Assembly: GCA_000960865.2 (NCBI GenBank)
Contig: JZWU02000017.1
Coordinates: 1 to 31,890 of the forward strand
Direction of reading: 5' to 3'
Length of the DNA stretch: 31,890 nucleotides
DNA from: Vulcanisaeta sp. AZ3
GTDB taxonomy: Archaea; Thermoproteota; Thermoprotei; Thermoproteales; Thermocladiaceae
Part shown: positions 1-7,976 of the stretch, piece by piece
Position numbering within the stretch: the first letter of the stretch is position 1
Layout of the letters: every line of letters begins with the position of its first letter
The notes under the pieces: model-generated
The model's database searches: none
Told to the model about the DNA's origin: nothing
What the model saw: only the letters and a program-made list of their open reading frames with translations
Translations under genes and position numbers: made by a program

Positions 1-850
1 GAAAACCACCAATCATCGGCTTCAAAAACCCTGGAACCCCAAACCTACTAAAGACTATCGAAAACCAACGAAAGGACTTGGAGAAGAGAATCCCAATAAA
101 ACCAGTAGCCATGCCAAGAACTGCAAAAAGAGGCAATTCAAATAAACTCACAGAACCCCTATAGAGGCCGAGATACGGCTTGAAACTAAAAACAAGATCA
201 AACACCACACTACCAACCAAAGACGCTATTAAGGCTGGGTAAAGAATCTTAATACTAAAGCCCCTCCTACGAAGCAACTCAACCGCAAACACAACACCAC
301 CAATCGGCGACTTAAGTATCGTACCAATACCCGCACCCAAACCCACAGCAATAGCCACCCTCCTATCCTCAGGGGACAAACCAAGAAGCTCAGTAATAAA
401 TGAACCAAGACCCGCAGAATACTGAGCAGCAGGCCCTTCCTTACCACCACTACCACCAAAACCAATAGTTATCGCAGAGACAAGAACCTTCACAGGAACC
501 ACAACAGGCCTAACCCTAAAACCCCTACTAAAAGACCTAACAACCTCAGGAGTACCAGAACCACCAGCCTCAGGCGCCAGGTTATAAACAATAACTCCAC
601 ACAATAAACCACCCAAGGCAGTGACCATGGGAATTAAGTAAAGCCTAGGATGATTAAGCAAAATACTCAATGAACCACCCTCACCCAACGGATGAGGATA
701 AGGAACACCAACAATAATTCCCAACACAATATCCTCAAACACACGAAGCAATAAATTAAAGGCCACAGAAACCAACCCAATACCAACACCAATCAAGACA
801 CCAAGAACCAACCACCTAACAACAAAGGAAAACCTCGACAAACCACCCAT
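1..850 (-). CDS. ClC-family chloride channel / Cl-/H+ antiporter (3' end beyond the window; absent from the ORF track)
   Basis: Manual translation from ATG at 850 is open to the window edge: MGGLSRFSFVVRWLVLG...APEAGGSGTPEVV...GFGGSGGKEGPAAQ...SPIGGVVFAVELL. GSGxPE and GKEGP are ClC signature motifs, and there are many hydrophobic helices. Confidence 0.92.
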   Translation of the reverse strand, partial: MGGLSRFSFVVRWLVLGVLIGVGIGLVSVAFNLLLRVFEDIVLGIIVGVPYPHPLGEGGSLSILLNHPRLYLIPMVTALGGLLCGVIVYNLAPEAGGSGTPEVVRSFSRGFRVRPVVVPVKVLVSAITIGFGGSGGKEGPAAQYSAGLGSFITELLGLSPEDRRVAIAVGLGAGIGTILKSPIGGVVFAVELLRRRGFSIKILYPALIASLVGSVVFDLVFSFKPYLGLYRGSVSLFELPLFAVLGMATGFIGILFSKSFRWFSIVFSRFGVPGFLKPMIGGF

Positions 851-958
851 CAACAACGCACAAAAACCATAACCTTAAATCATTTATCCCTCGACACGAC
901 TAAGGACAATGCTCACCGTAATCTCCACAACATCTAATAAACCCGTATCCCATACAAC

Positions 959-2194
959 TCATCGTATATATTTGCCCAATTTCTCAGTGAATTTATCAAG
1001 AGTTAACTCCAAAACCCTACCTGGTATTGCAGAGGCCAGGGACTGCCAAGCCCTACCATCAGTTAGTAGCTTTGCCAAGGCATTTACTGCCTCATCCACA
1101 GACTCATAACCCAACCCATACCTACCCTCCTCAACAAGATCAGTCCAAGCCCCACCGGACCTGTGGACCACGGGTGGTAATGCCCTAGCCATTGCCTCAG
1201 CAACCACAATGCCCCAATGCTCATTAATCGTAGCATGCAAAAACACCCTAGCATTATCCATAACCTCATTAATAACACGCCTAGGAGCATTAGGTACAAG
1301 AAAAACATCGGCGTCACTACCAAGCCCCACAGCCACCCTAAGCCCAGAACCCTCAGCCAACGCCCTAACCCTACCCAAGTAAGCCCTCTGAGTTGGTGTG
1401 TTCGCGCCGCCAAAAATTACTAACCTAGTCCCAGGAACCTCCTTGATTAGTTTAGGCATTAATTCCGTAACAACCCAATGATAACGCTTCTCCTCAGAAA
1501 ACCTACCAACCATAACTATTACTGGCTCACGCACATCAAAAGACCTAGGCTCCTTAACAACATCAATATTCGGCGGCAACGGTGGGTTAAGAACAGTGGG
1601 TTCCTCACCATAAACAATCTTAGCCACATTAGCAGTCCACCTAGAATTCACGAGTACAAAATCAGCTGCATGGAATGGATTATCCCTAGCAACACGACCC
1701 AAACCCCATGTGAAGACCCTCCAGTAAATATTCATTGGGAACTTGCCATACCTCTCCATTATGTATGGATCCTCACCATAATGAAGACCACTCCCCCTAA
1801 ACCTAGGCTGATAAACAACCTCGAATGGGAAGTGAATATACTCAATAAGCTTAAATCCATACCTAGCCTTACGGGATAGTATTGGCCTGTACGTAACCTC
1901 ATCGAGGAATACGAGAAATGGCTTATACCTATCAATAGCATGCCTAAGAGGAAGCCAAACAAAAAGCCTACCCCAAAGACCAAAAGCCCTAAGCCCAAGG
2001 GGTAATGTAACCGTGGGATACTTCGTTAAGTCAATACCATACCACTCAACATACCTCCTAGAATCAAACCTAAACACACCACTTAACACAGGACCAAAAC
2101 CCAATCGCTCAAAAGACTTAGCAACAGAAGCACAAACAAGCTGCCCACCACCAGGAGATCCCCAAAAATGATGACCAACAACAACGAAATCCAT
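959..2194 (-). CDS. Glycosyltransferase family 4 (GT-B)
   Basis: N-terminal HHFWGSPGGG, plus VGRFSEEKR and EHWGIVVAEAMA (EX7E motif). Start placed at ATG 2194; the ORF track extends it to 2209. Confidence 0.9.
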   Translation of the reverse strand: MDFVVVGHHFWGSPGGGQLVCASVAKSFERLGFGPVLSGVFRFDSRRYVEWYGIDLTKYPTVTLPLGLRAFGLWGRLFVWLPLRHAIDRYKPFLVFLDEVTYRPILSRKARYGFKLIEYIHFPFEVVYQPRFRGSGLHYGEDPYIMERYGKFPMNIYWRVFTWGLGRVARDNPFHAADFVLVNSRWTANVAKIVYGEEPTVLNPPLPPNIDVVKEPRSFDVREPVIVMVGRFSEEKRYHWVVTELMPKLIKEVPGTRLVIFGGANTPTQRAYLGRVRALAEGSGLRVAVGLGSDADVFLVPNAPRRVINEVMDNARVFLHATINEHWGIVVAEAMARALPPVVHRSGGAWTDLVEEGRYGLGYESVDEAVNALAKLLTDGRAWQSLASAIPGRVLELTLDKFTEKLGKYIR

Positions 2195-2582
2195 GTACAA
2201 CAAACACAAAACAAAACCTCTATTAAAATATTTAATTCACAACACTCGTGATTCTTCTTATAAGGATTCGTGAGATCGTGAATTCTTCAAGGAGCATCAA
2301 TACGAGCAGCATGATGAAGTACGCAAACCTTTATAGGTACACAGCCGTCTCATCAAGTATAGTCCTCTTACTGAGAGCCTAAAATACCAAGCCTTAGACC
2401 TCATCCTCCTTCACCTCTCGACGAGGATATGATAGTATCGCTGGTAAATAGCCTACGTTAGCTATACATAGCCTTCCATGCCTAGGGAGCATTCAGTATC
2501 GATAGGACCAGAATGTTAATACTGAATAAGTACGTTATGAATAACACTAAAGTTAATGAACTTTTAAAAATATAGTCTTCAT

Positions 2583-3511
2583 TTGACTCCTGTGAAGGTT
2601 ACAGTGGCCATAGTGACTTACAAGAGAGCATGGGCCTTACCATATTCACTCTCAAGCATTACAGAGCAAGTTAGGCAGCCAGATGAGGTCCTCATAGTCC
2701 TTAAGCCCTCTGGCGACGGTAGTGAAGAAGTGATTTCTAAGTACTCATCTAAACTCCCCATAAGGGTGGTAATTCAGCAGAGGGGGAATTTCGTTGACGC
2801 TATACAGATGGCATTAGATAACGCAGGAAGTGACTTGTTAATATTTATGGATGATGATGCCGTGACCGAGCCTCAATTCATCTAGAAGTACGTAAACCTA
2901 TTCTCCACGTTACCCAACGCAGGAGACATAAGTGGAGATGTCTATAAGGCATACCTAAACAACGGCTTAAGAAAGACTAATGAAAGATCTTTTAGGACAC
3001 CGACTAGAAAAGTAATCTATAGGGCCCCACTTCCAGAATATATAGATTATGTAGAGTGGATATCCCGTTCAGGATTTATGGGGGCAAGAGAGGCGCCTCT
3101 GATGGTGCCTTTAAAAGTGCCTTTTTGATAGGGGCAAATATGGCGTGGCGTATAGAGGCTGTGCGTGATTGTCCATTGGCACGACTATACAGAAGGAGTA
3201 AGAAAGGTTTTCACAACGAGGTATTGTTAGCCTATTGTGCCAGGAGGAGAGGTTATGATACTTACAAGGTGAGAGGAGAGCTAGCGCCTAGGGTATGGCA
3301 TATAATCAATATGGCATCTTTAACAAGAGACAGAGGCTTTTGGCATGAATTTTGGATGCATTACGATTGCGTTGCTGATTATTGGCGATTTAAGGAGTTA
3401 GGTGCAGATGTATCGCCACTATTATACTTAATGGCATGCGTAGCTACATTACGTAGGAGGCCCTTACCTAGATTGCTTGCAACATTATATGCTTGGATCT
3501 TTAGGACCTGA
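2583..3511 (+). pseudogene. Disrupted family 2 glycosyltransferase (paralogue of 6127..7056)
   Basis: In-frame TAG at 2883-2885. Reading through it gives KYVNLFSTLPNAGDISG...RPPLPEYIDYVEWIS, which aligns with the paralogue's KYEELFNKLNDAGGISG...RKPLPEYTDYCEWVT. A frameshift near 3080-3100 then leads into the GANMAWR...RDRGFWHEFWMHYD frame. Confidence 0.88.
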
Positions 3512-3539
3512 ACGGAATTTTTATAGGTAATAAATCCCT

Positions 3540-3863
3540 GGCAAAATTATGGTGCATGCTATTTTAGATGCTTAACATCATGTATTCTTGATGCTGTATT
3601 ATTCATTCAACATATAATGGTGTTAGCGCCACTATGAAAGAGGCATTTAGGAGAAGAAATACTGTTACTTCTCGTCTGTATCCATTTGGATGATTTTCAT
3701 GTCTTCTTTGATGAGTTCTTTCCATATTAGGCTTAAGGATTTCAATAACTTTGGGTATCATTCCTTAACAATCAATAATGTAATTCCTAACTTGTGCCGC
3801 AATGCCATTAGACTGATGATTTCTCTAAAAGTAGTGATTAATGGTAACGTAATTCATAGCCAT
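3540..3863 (-). pseudogene. Possible decayed gene remnant (perhaps a glycosyltransferase N-terminus)
   Basis: ATG at 3863 is preceded by a TTTAATA element. The frame reads MAMNYVTINHYF*RNHQSNGIAAQVRNYIIDC*GMIPKVIEILKP with several stops, inside the GT cluster. Confidence 0.25.
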
Positions 3864-3903
3864 GTTGGTAAAGGCTTATTAAAGGTATTGAATTTATAGA
3901 GCC

Positions 3904-4752
3904 GTGATTGACGCGTTAATTACGTATTTACCCTTCTATAGGATTCATGAGGTTGAAGATTACTTCTTGAAGAATGTTGAGGTTATAGGTGTGAGGAGGG
4001 CTGTGGTTTATGTGGATAATGTCTACACGGATAGACAGAAGGCAGTCCTAAGTAAGGTCCTGCCTAGTGGTGTTGAGGTTGTGCCTGGCAACTGGAGGGA
4101 TAGGAATACATGCTTCCTCACAATAATTAGGGATGCCATTGAGCATGGTGATAATGCTCTAGTCGTAGATAGTGACAATGAGGTTTGGCCAGATTTACAG
4201 ATGATTGATGATCAGCTTATTAGTAGTTATGGTTTTTACACAATACTCAATAATGAAGCCGCTGGTTTGCTTGCTTCACCCAGGGTTATGAACTTAGGTG
4301 TTGTAAGCGTTAATGGTAGGGAGGTGAGGGTTTATGGCTATAAGATAGTTGGTCTCACTAAAGGCATTTACTTTATTGGGCCTAAGCAAGGTGTTAGGTT
4401 GAGCCCTTGGTTGCTTAAACATATAGATGTTGATTTTCTGAATAAGTTAATGAATGCGTTGCAGCGTGTTGAGCCTAGTATTAGGAATTATATAAGTGAT
4501 GAGATAACCCTAGGGATCCTCCTTTACTACTCCGGTATTGGGGTTACACCATTCATAGTGTGGAGTCATCATAGATACCATGGTTCGATGAGAGGCACGG
4601 AACGTCCAATAATTAAGACTTTGGTGGCTACGGCACATGCTAGGTTAGGTAGGGAATTAGTTAGAATTAAGAGGGATAGGAGGGCATTGTGGTACTTCGC
4701 TAGGTATAAGTTGGCTCAATTATTGAATGGTGTTTATGCATTGCTTAAGTAG
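3904..4752 (+). CDS. Hypothetical protein, putative GT-A-fold glycosyltransferase
   Basis: 282-aa ORF with an N-terminal beta strand (DALITYLP), VVYVDN and a DxD motif (ALVVDSDN), flanked by glycosyltransferases. Confidence 0.6.
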   Translation: MIDALITYLPFYRIHEVEDYFLKNVEVIGVRRAVVYVDNVYTDRQKAVLSKVLPSGVEVVPGNWRDRNTCFLTIIRDAIEHGDNALVVDSDNEVWPDLQMIDDQLISSYGFYTILNNEAAGLLASPRVMNLGVVSVNGREVRVYGYKIVGLTKGIYFIGPKQGVRLSPWLLKHIDVDFLNKLMNALQRVEPSIRNYISDEITLGILLYYSGIGVTPFIVWSHHRYHGSMRGTERPIIKTLVATAHARLGRELVRIKRDRRALWYFARYKLAQLLNGVYALLK

Positions 4753-4759
4753 GTTTCTA

Positions 4760-6046
4760 TTACCTGCTGTGTTTTCGTATTAATTCTACTACTTGCTTCG
4801 CAACTAAATCCCATGATGAATGCTGCCTCACAAAATCAATCAACCTCTCATCAATCAACTGCCCCAAATATTCATCATAATTCTTAAGGATCCTTATTGC
4901 CGCCCTCGCCATTGCCTTGTAATCGAATTCCCTCACAAACTCAATGCCAGGCAAACCATTAAATACCATGTATGGACCTGGAATATCATAGGCAATTACG
5001 GGTGTGCCTAGAGCCAAGGACTCGAGGATGGCAATCGAGAATGAGTCGAAGTGCGTAGGGTAAATGAATATCTTCGCCCTGGCAACAATATCGTAAAGTT
5101 CCTTTCCACTCCTGAAGCCTAGGTATTCAATGTTGTCTTCAACGTTGTATTTTTTAATTAGGTTGAAGAATAATTGTTTATAGCCGTGAAAGCCAAATCG
5201 TCCCATGACCTTAAGCTTAATATTCTTATCATACTCATCCTTAATGACTTTAATTATTTTTGGTAGTTCATAAATACCCTTATCAGGAACTAGCCTAGCA
5301 TAGAATACTAAATAATCACCCTTACCCACACCCCTATAACTAAGCAACACAGGATCAATAGCATTGGCAGGCCTAAAAACATAGTAAGGAACACCCCACT
5401 TATCGGCACCTGCTAGTCTGGCGTCCCCCTCACTGACGAAATCTACGAACCTGGGCTTGCCGTAAATTCTCATGAAAAATCTTAATTGAGTCTTTGATAT
5501 TAATTTTTGTATGAATAGTTTTGCTGGTCTTCTTAAGGCGTAAAGTGATAATGATTCAGCGGTCCTCATAAGCTTCCAGAACCATGTGATTGATAGTGGG
5601 TAATCAGAGGTTATGTGGAAGCCGTACTTTCCATTACTTAATTTACTTAGCATCATCACGTCTGGTGATGCTAGGTTTGGGTCGTACATAAAGTCGTACA
5701 TCTCCTGTGAGTTGGTTTTGATGTAGTGCCTCGTTAATTCCTTGGTTAAATTGAATGTGAGTGTTTGGTATCTCCATTTAATTAGTGGCATGGGTTTGTA
5801 GTTATTGAGGATTTCTGTGAAGCCGTTGGCTGTTTTAATGCCAAGTTTAGAGAATTCGTCTAGGTTTTTTAGTAGTGATTCTTTGTCTTCATTGCTTTTT
5901 ATGTAGGATAGTGTGTTTGTGCTTGGGAATAGTGTTATTTCGAAATCTTCGGCGACCCTGGCTATTCCTTTAATGACATTAAGTGCGTGTATATCACCGC
6001 CGCCTCCAATTCTCAAAGGTATATAGCTAACGATGCCTAGTTTCAT
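4760..6046 (-). CDS. Glycosyltransferase family 4 (GT-B)
   Basis: N-terminal GGG loop, YARLVPDKG and DSFSIAILESLALGTPVIAYD, the typical GT4 C-terminal motif. Confidence 0.92.
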   Translation of the reverse strand: MKLGIVSYIPLRIGGGGDIHALNVIKGIARVAEDFEITLFPSTNTLSYIKSNEDKESLLKNLDEFSKLGIKTANGFTEILNNYKPMPLIKWRYQTLTFNLTKELTRHYIKTNSQEMYDFMYDPNLASPDVMMLSKLSNGKYGFHITSDYPLSITWFWKLMRTAESLSLYALRRPAKLFIQKLISKTQLRFFMRIYGKPRFVDFVSEGDARLAGADKWGVPYYVFRPANAIDPVLLSYRGVGKGDYLVFYARLVPDKGIYELPKIIKVIKDEYDKNIKLKVMGRFGFHGYKQLFFNLIKKYNVEDNIEYLGFRSGKELYDIVARAKIFIYPTHFDSFSIAILESLALGTPVIAYDIPGPYMVFNGLPGIEFVREFDYKAMARAAIRILKNYDEYLGQLIDERLIDFVRQHSSWDLVAKQVVELIRKHSR

Positions 6047-6126
6047 GAATTATTAGGACCCTTTGTTCTATTTTCTTTTATTTTTATTCTAAATTATTGC
6101 AATGTAATTATTTACTTGTTGAGAGG

Positions 6127-7056
6127 TTATGTCTTTACTATTAGTCCGTATATTGTTGCCATTAATCGTGGGATCACCCCTTTACGTGCGAGTGCCATCA
6201 ATGATACCAAATACGCTGTTAATGATACTTTTGCTCCTAGCTTTTTATACCTCCAATAGTTGGCTACTTTATCATAGTGTATCCAGAAGTCGTGCCAGAA
6301 TCCGTGGTCCCTGGTTAGTGAGTTTATGTTTTGTATGTGCCATACGAATAGGTTTAATGCCTTATACGTGTGGTATCCTTTTCGTCTAACGCAGTAAGCT
6401 AATAATGGCTCATAGAGAAATCCCTTTTTACTGTGCCTATACAATGAGGATACTGGGCAGTCGAGTAGTAAATTCCTCCTAAAACCCATATTAGCACCCC
6501 GTAAACGAGCGCTCTTAATGAGATCTCCATGACATTTATTACCAGCACTTACTGGTATACCAGATATTGTCACCCATTCGCAGTAATCAGTGTATTCGGG
6601 TAGTGGTTTCCTATGAAACCAATTAGTAGTTTTAGTAGGATATGTTTCTGGTCGTTGTTCCTGGATTAGTATTACTTCATTGCCTTTTAAGTATGCGTAC
6701 TTGCCTACTCCACTTATTCCTCCTGCATCATTTAATTTATTGAATAATTCTTCGTATTTACTTATCCAATCTCTTGGTGCTATTGCATCATCATCTAAGA
6801 ATAACACAATATCCCCCTTGGCATTCTTAATGCCTAGTTCGGCGGCGTCAACCACATTACCACCACTACTTTGATAAATCACTCTAATCGGCAGTTTATC
6901 CTCAAAACTCCTAATCACCTCCTCACTACCATCACCAGAAGGCTTCAAAACAATTAAAACCTCATCAGGAGACCTAATCTGATCAACCAAACTACCAAGA
7001 CTATACCTAAGAGCCCAACCACGACGAAAAGTAGTAACAACAACACTAATACGCAT
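6127..7056 (-). CDS. Glycosyltransferase family 2 (GT-A)
   Basis: ISVVVTTFRR start, FLDDD (DxD) and GANMGFRR motifs. Confidence 0.93.
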   Translation of the reverse strand: MRISVVVTTFRRGWALRYSLGSLVDQIRSPDEVLIVLKPSGDGSEEVIRSFEDKLPIRVIYQSSGGNVVDAAELGIKNAKGDIVLFLDDDAIAPRDWISKYEELFNKLNDAGGISGVGKYAYLKGNEVILIQEQRPETYPTKTTNWFHRKPLPEYTDYCEWVTISGIPVSAGNKCHGDLIKSARLRGANMGFRRNLLLDCPVSSLYRHSKKGFLYEPLLAYCVRRKGYHTYKALNLFVWHIQNINSLTRDHGFWHDFWIHYDKVANYWRYKKLGAKVSLTAYLVSLMALARKGVIPRLMATIYGLIVKT

Positions 7057-7143
7057 TTGATTGCATGTTGTTGTGTTGTTTTTAAGGGTTATGGCGTCTT
7101 GGTTTTGGGTAAGTCTTTTAAGGGGTTTGTGGTTTGTAGTTTG

Positions 7144-7761
7144 ATGTCGTCTATTGAGGAGTTGATTACGGGGACGGCGGTTGGTGTTAGGGCTGGTGAT
7201 GGTGTTGTTTTGGCTGCTGAGAAGAGGGTTGCGTATGGGTTTACTATGTTTAGTAGGTCTGGTAGGAAGGTGTTTAGGGTTAATGATAATATTGGTATTG
7301 CTTCGATAGGTATACTTGCTGATATGCAGGTTTTGACTAAGACTGCTAAGGCTTACATGTCCCTTTATGCCTTGGATACTAAGACTAGGCCTAGTATTAG
7401 GTCTGCGGCTAAGCTTCTTTCCTATGTATTATTCTCTAATAGGATTCTTCCTTACTTTGTTGAGGTTATTGTTGGTGGTGTGGATGATGATGGTCCGCAT
7501 CTTTTTATTATGGATTCGCTTGGTTCTTTGATTGAGGATGATTATGCGGCTGTTGGTACGGGTACTAAGCTTGCTATTGCGATTCTTGAGAGTGGTTATA
7601 GGCAGGGCATGAGTGTTAAGGAGGCTAGGGATTTGGCTGTTAGGGCGATTAATCAGAGTATTTCTAGGGATCCTGTCTCTGGTGATGGTATTGATATACT
7701 AACAATAACTAATAGTGGTGCTACAGAGGAGACAATACCACTTCAGTCGTTGAGGGTTTGA
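7144..7761 (+). CDS. psmB: Proteasome beta subunit
   Basis: MSSIEELITG-TAVG...VVLAAEKR...KVFRV...AVGTG...RDPVSGDGID, Ntn-hydrolase proteasome beta motifs. True start is probably ATG 7144, since the upstream ORF extension covers the divergent promoter region. Confidence 0.95.
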   Translation: MSSIEELITGTAVGVRAGDGVVLAAEKRVAYGFTMFSRSGRKVFRVNDNIGIASIGILADMQVLTKTAKAYMSLYALDTKTRPSIRSAAKLLSYVLFSNRILPYFVEVIVGGVDDDGPHLFIMDSLGSLIEDDYAAVGTGTKLAIAILESGYRQGMSVKEARDLAVRAINQSISRDPVSGDGIDILTITNSGATEETIPLQSLRV

Positions 7762-7763
7762 GT

Positions 7764-7840
7764 GCTTATCCCCCGCTTTGGAGGAGTCGGTCCTCATTGA
7801 TGGGCTGTGCCCTTTCTCGGCCGACCCACGCCTGCGGGGT
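7764..7840 (-). ncRNA. Candidate box H/ACA pseudouridylation guide sRNA
   Basis: The minus strand folds into a lower stem CCCCGC/GCGGGG and an internal pocket AGGCGUG / CCUCCAAA. Above it are an upper stem GGUCGGCC/GG(A)CCGACU and a K-turn (CC-GA ... UC-AAU-GA-GG) capped by GGGC-ACA-GCCC. An ANA box (AUA) lies 15 nt from the start of the 3' pocket strand. It is a GC-rich island in AT/GT-rich DNA. Confidence 0.65.
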
Positions 7841-7854
7841 TGTGTTATTATGGG

Positions 7855-7880
7855 GTTAGGTAAATTAATTCTTTTCTTTG
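7855..7880. promoter_or_regulatory. Putative bidirectional TATA/BRE region for the two sRNAs
   Basis: TAAATTAATT at 7861-7870 with an adjacent purine run on the minus strand (GAAAAG). It lies about 20-30 nt from both predicted sRNA 5' ends. Confidence 0.4.
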
Positions 7881-7887
7881 TGTTTTT

Positions 7888-7942
7888 GGTGTGATGTTCC
7901 TCCACTGGGCTGAGTTTTGATGAGGTTGGTCTTTGCTGATTG
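7888..7942 (+). ncRNA. Box C/D 2'-O-methylation guide sRNA
   Basis: C GTGATGT (7891-7897), 12-nt guide TCCTCCACTGGG, D' CTGA (7910-7913), C' TGATGA (7918-7923), 12-nt guide GGTTGGTCTTTG and D CTGA (7936-7939). Spacing is canonical for archaea. Confidence 0.8.
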
Positions 7943-7976
7943 GTTTTTAATTCTATACATGGTTTCCTTGGTTTAG

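Noticed and set aside
2305-2360. ATGATGA box C-like motif
   Set aside because: There is no D' or D box at suitable spacing.
2883-2885. In-frame TAG as pyrrolysine or read-through recoding
   Set aside because: A second lesion (frameshift) follows, there are no pyl genes in the window, and Pyl is not known in Thermoproteales. A pseudogene is the simpler explanation.
7699-7905. 68-aa minus-strand ORF
   Set aside because: It overlaps the psmB end and both predicted sRNAs, has low-complexity composition and shows no motif.
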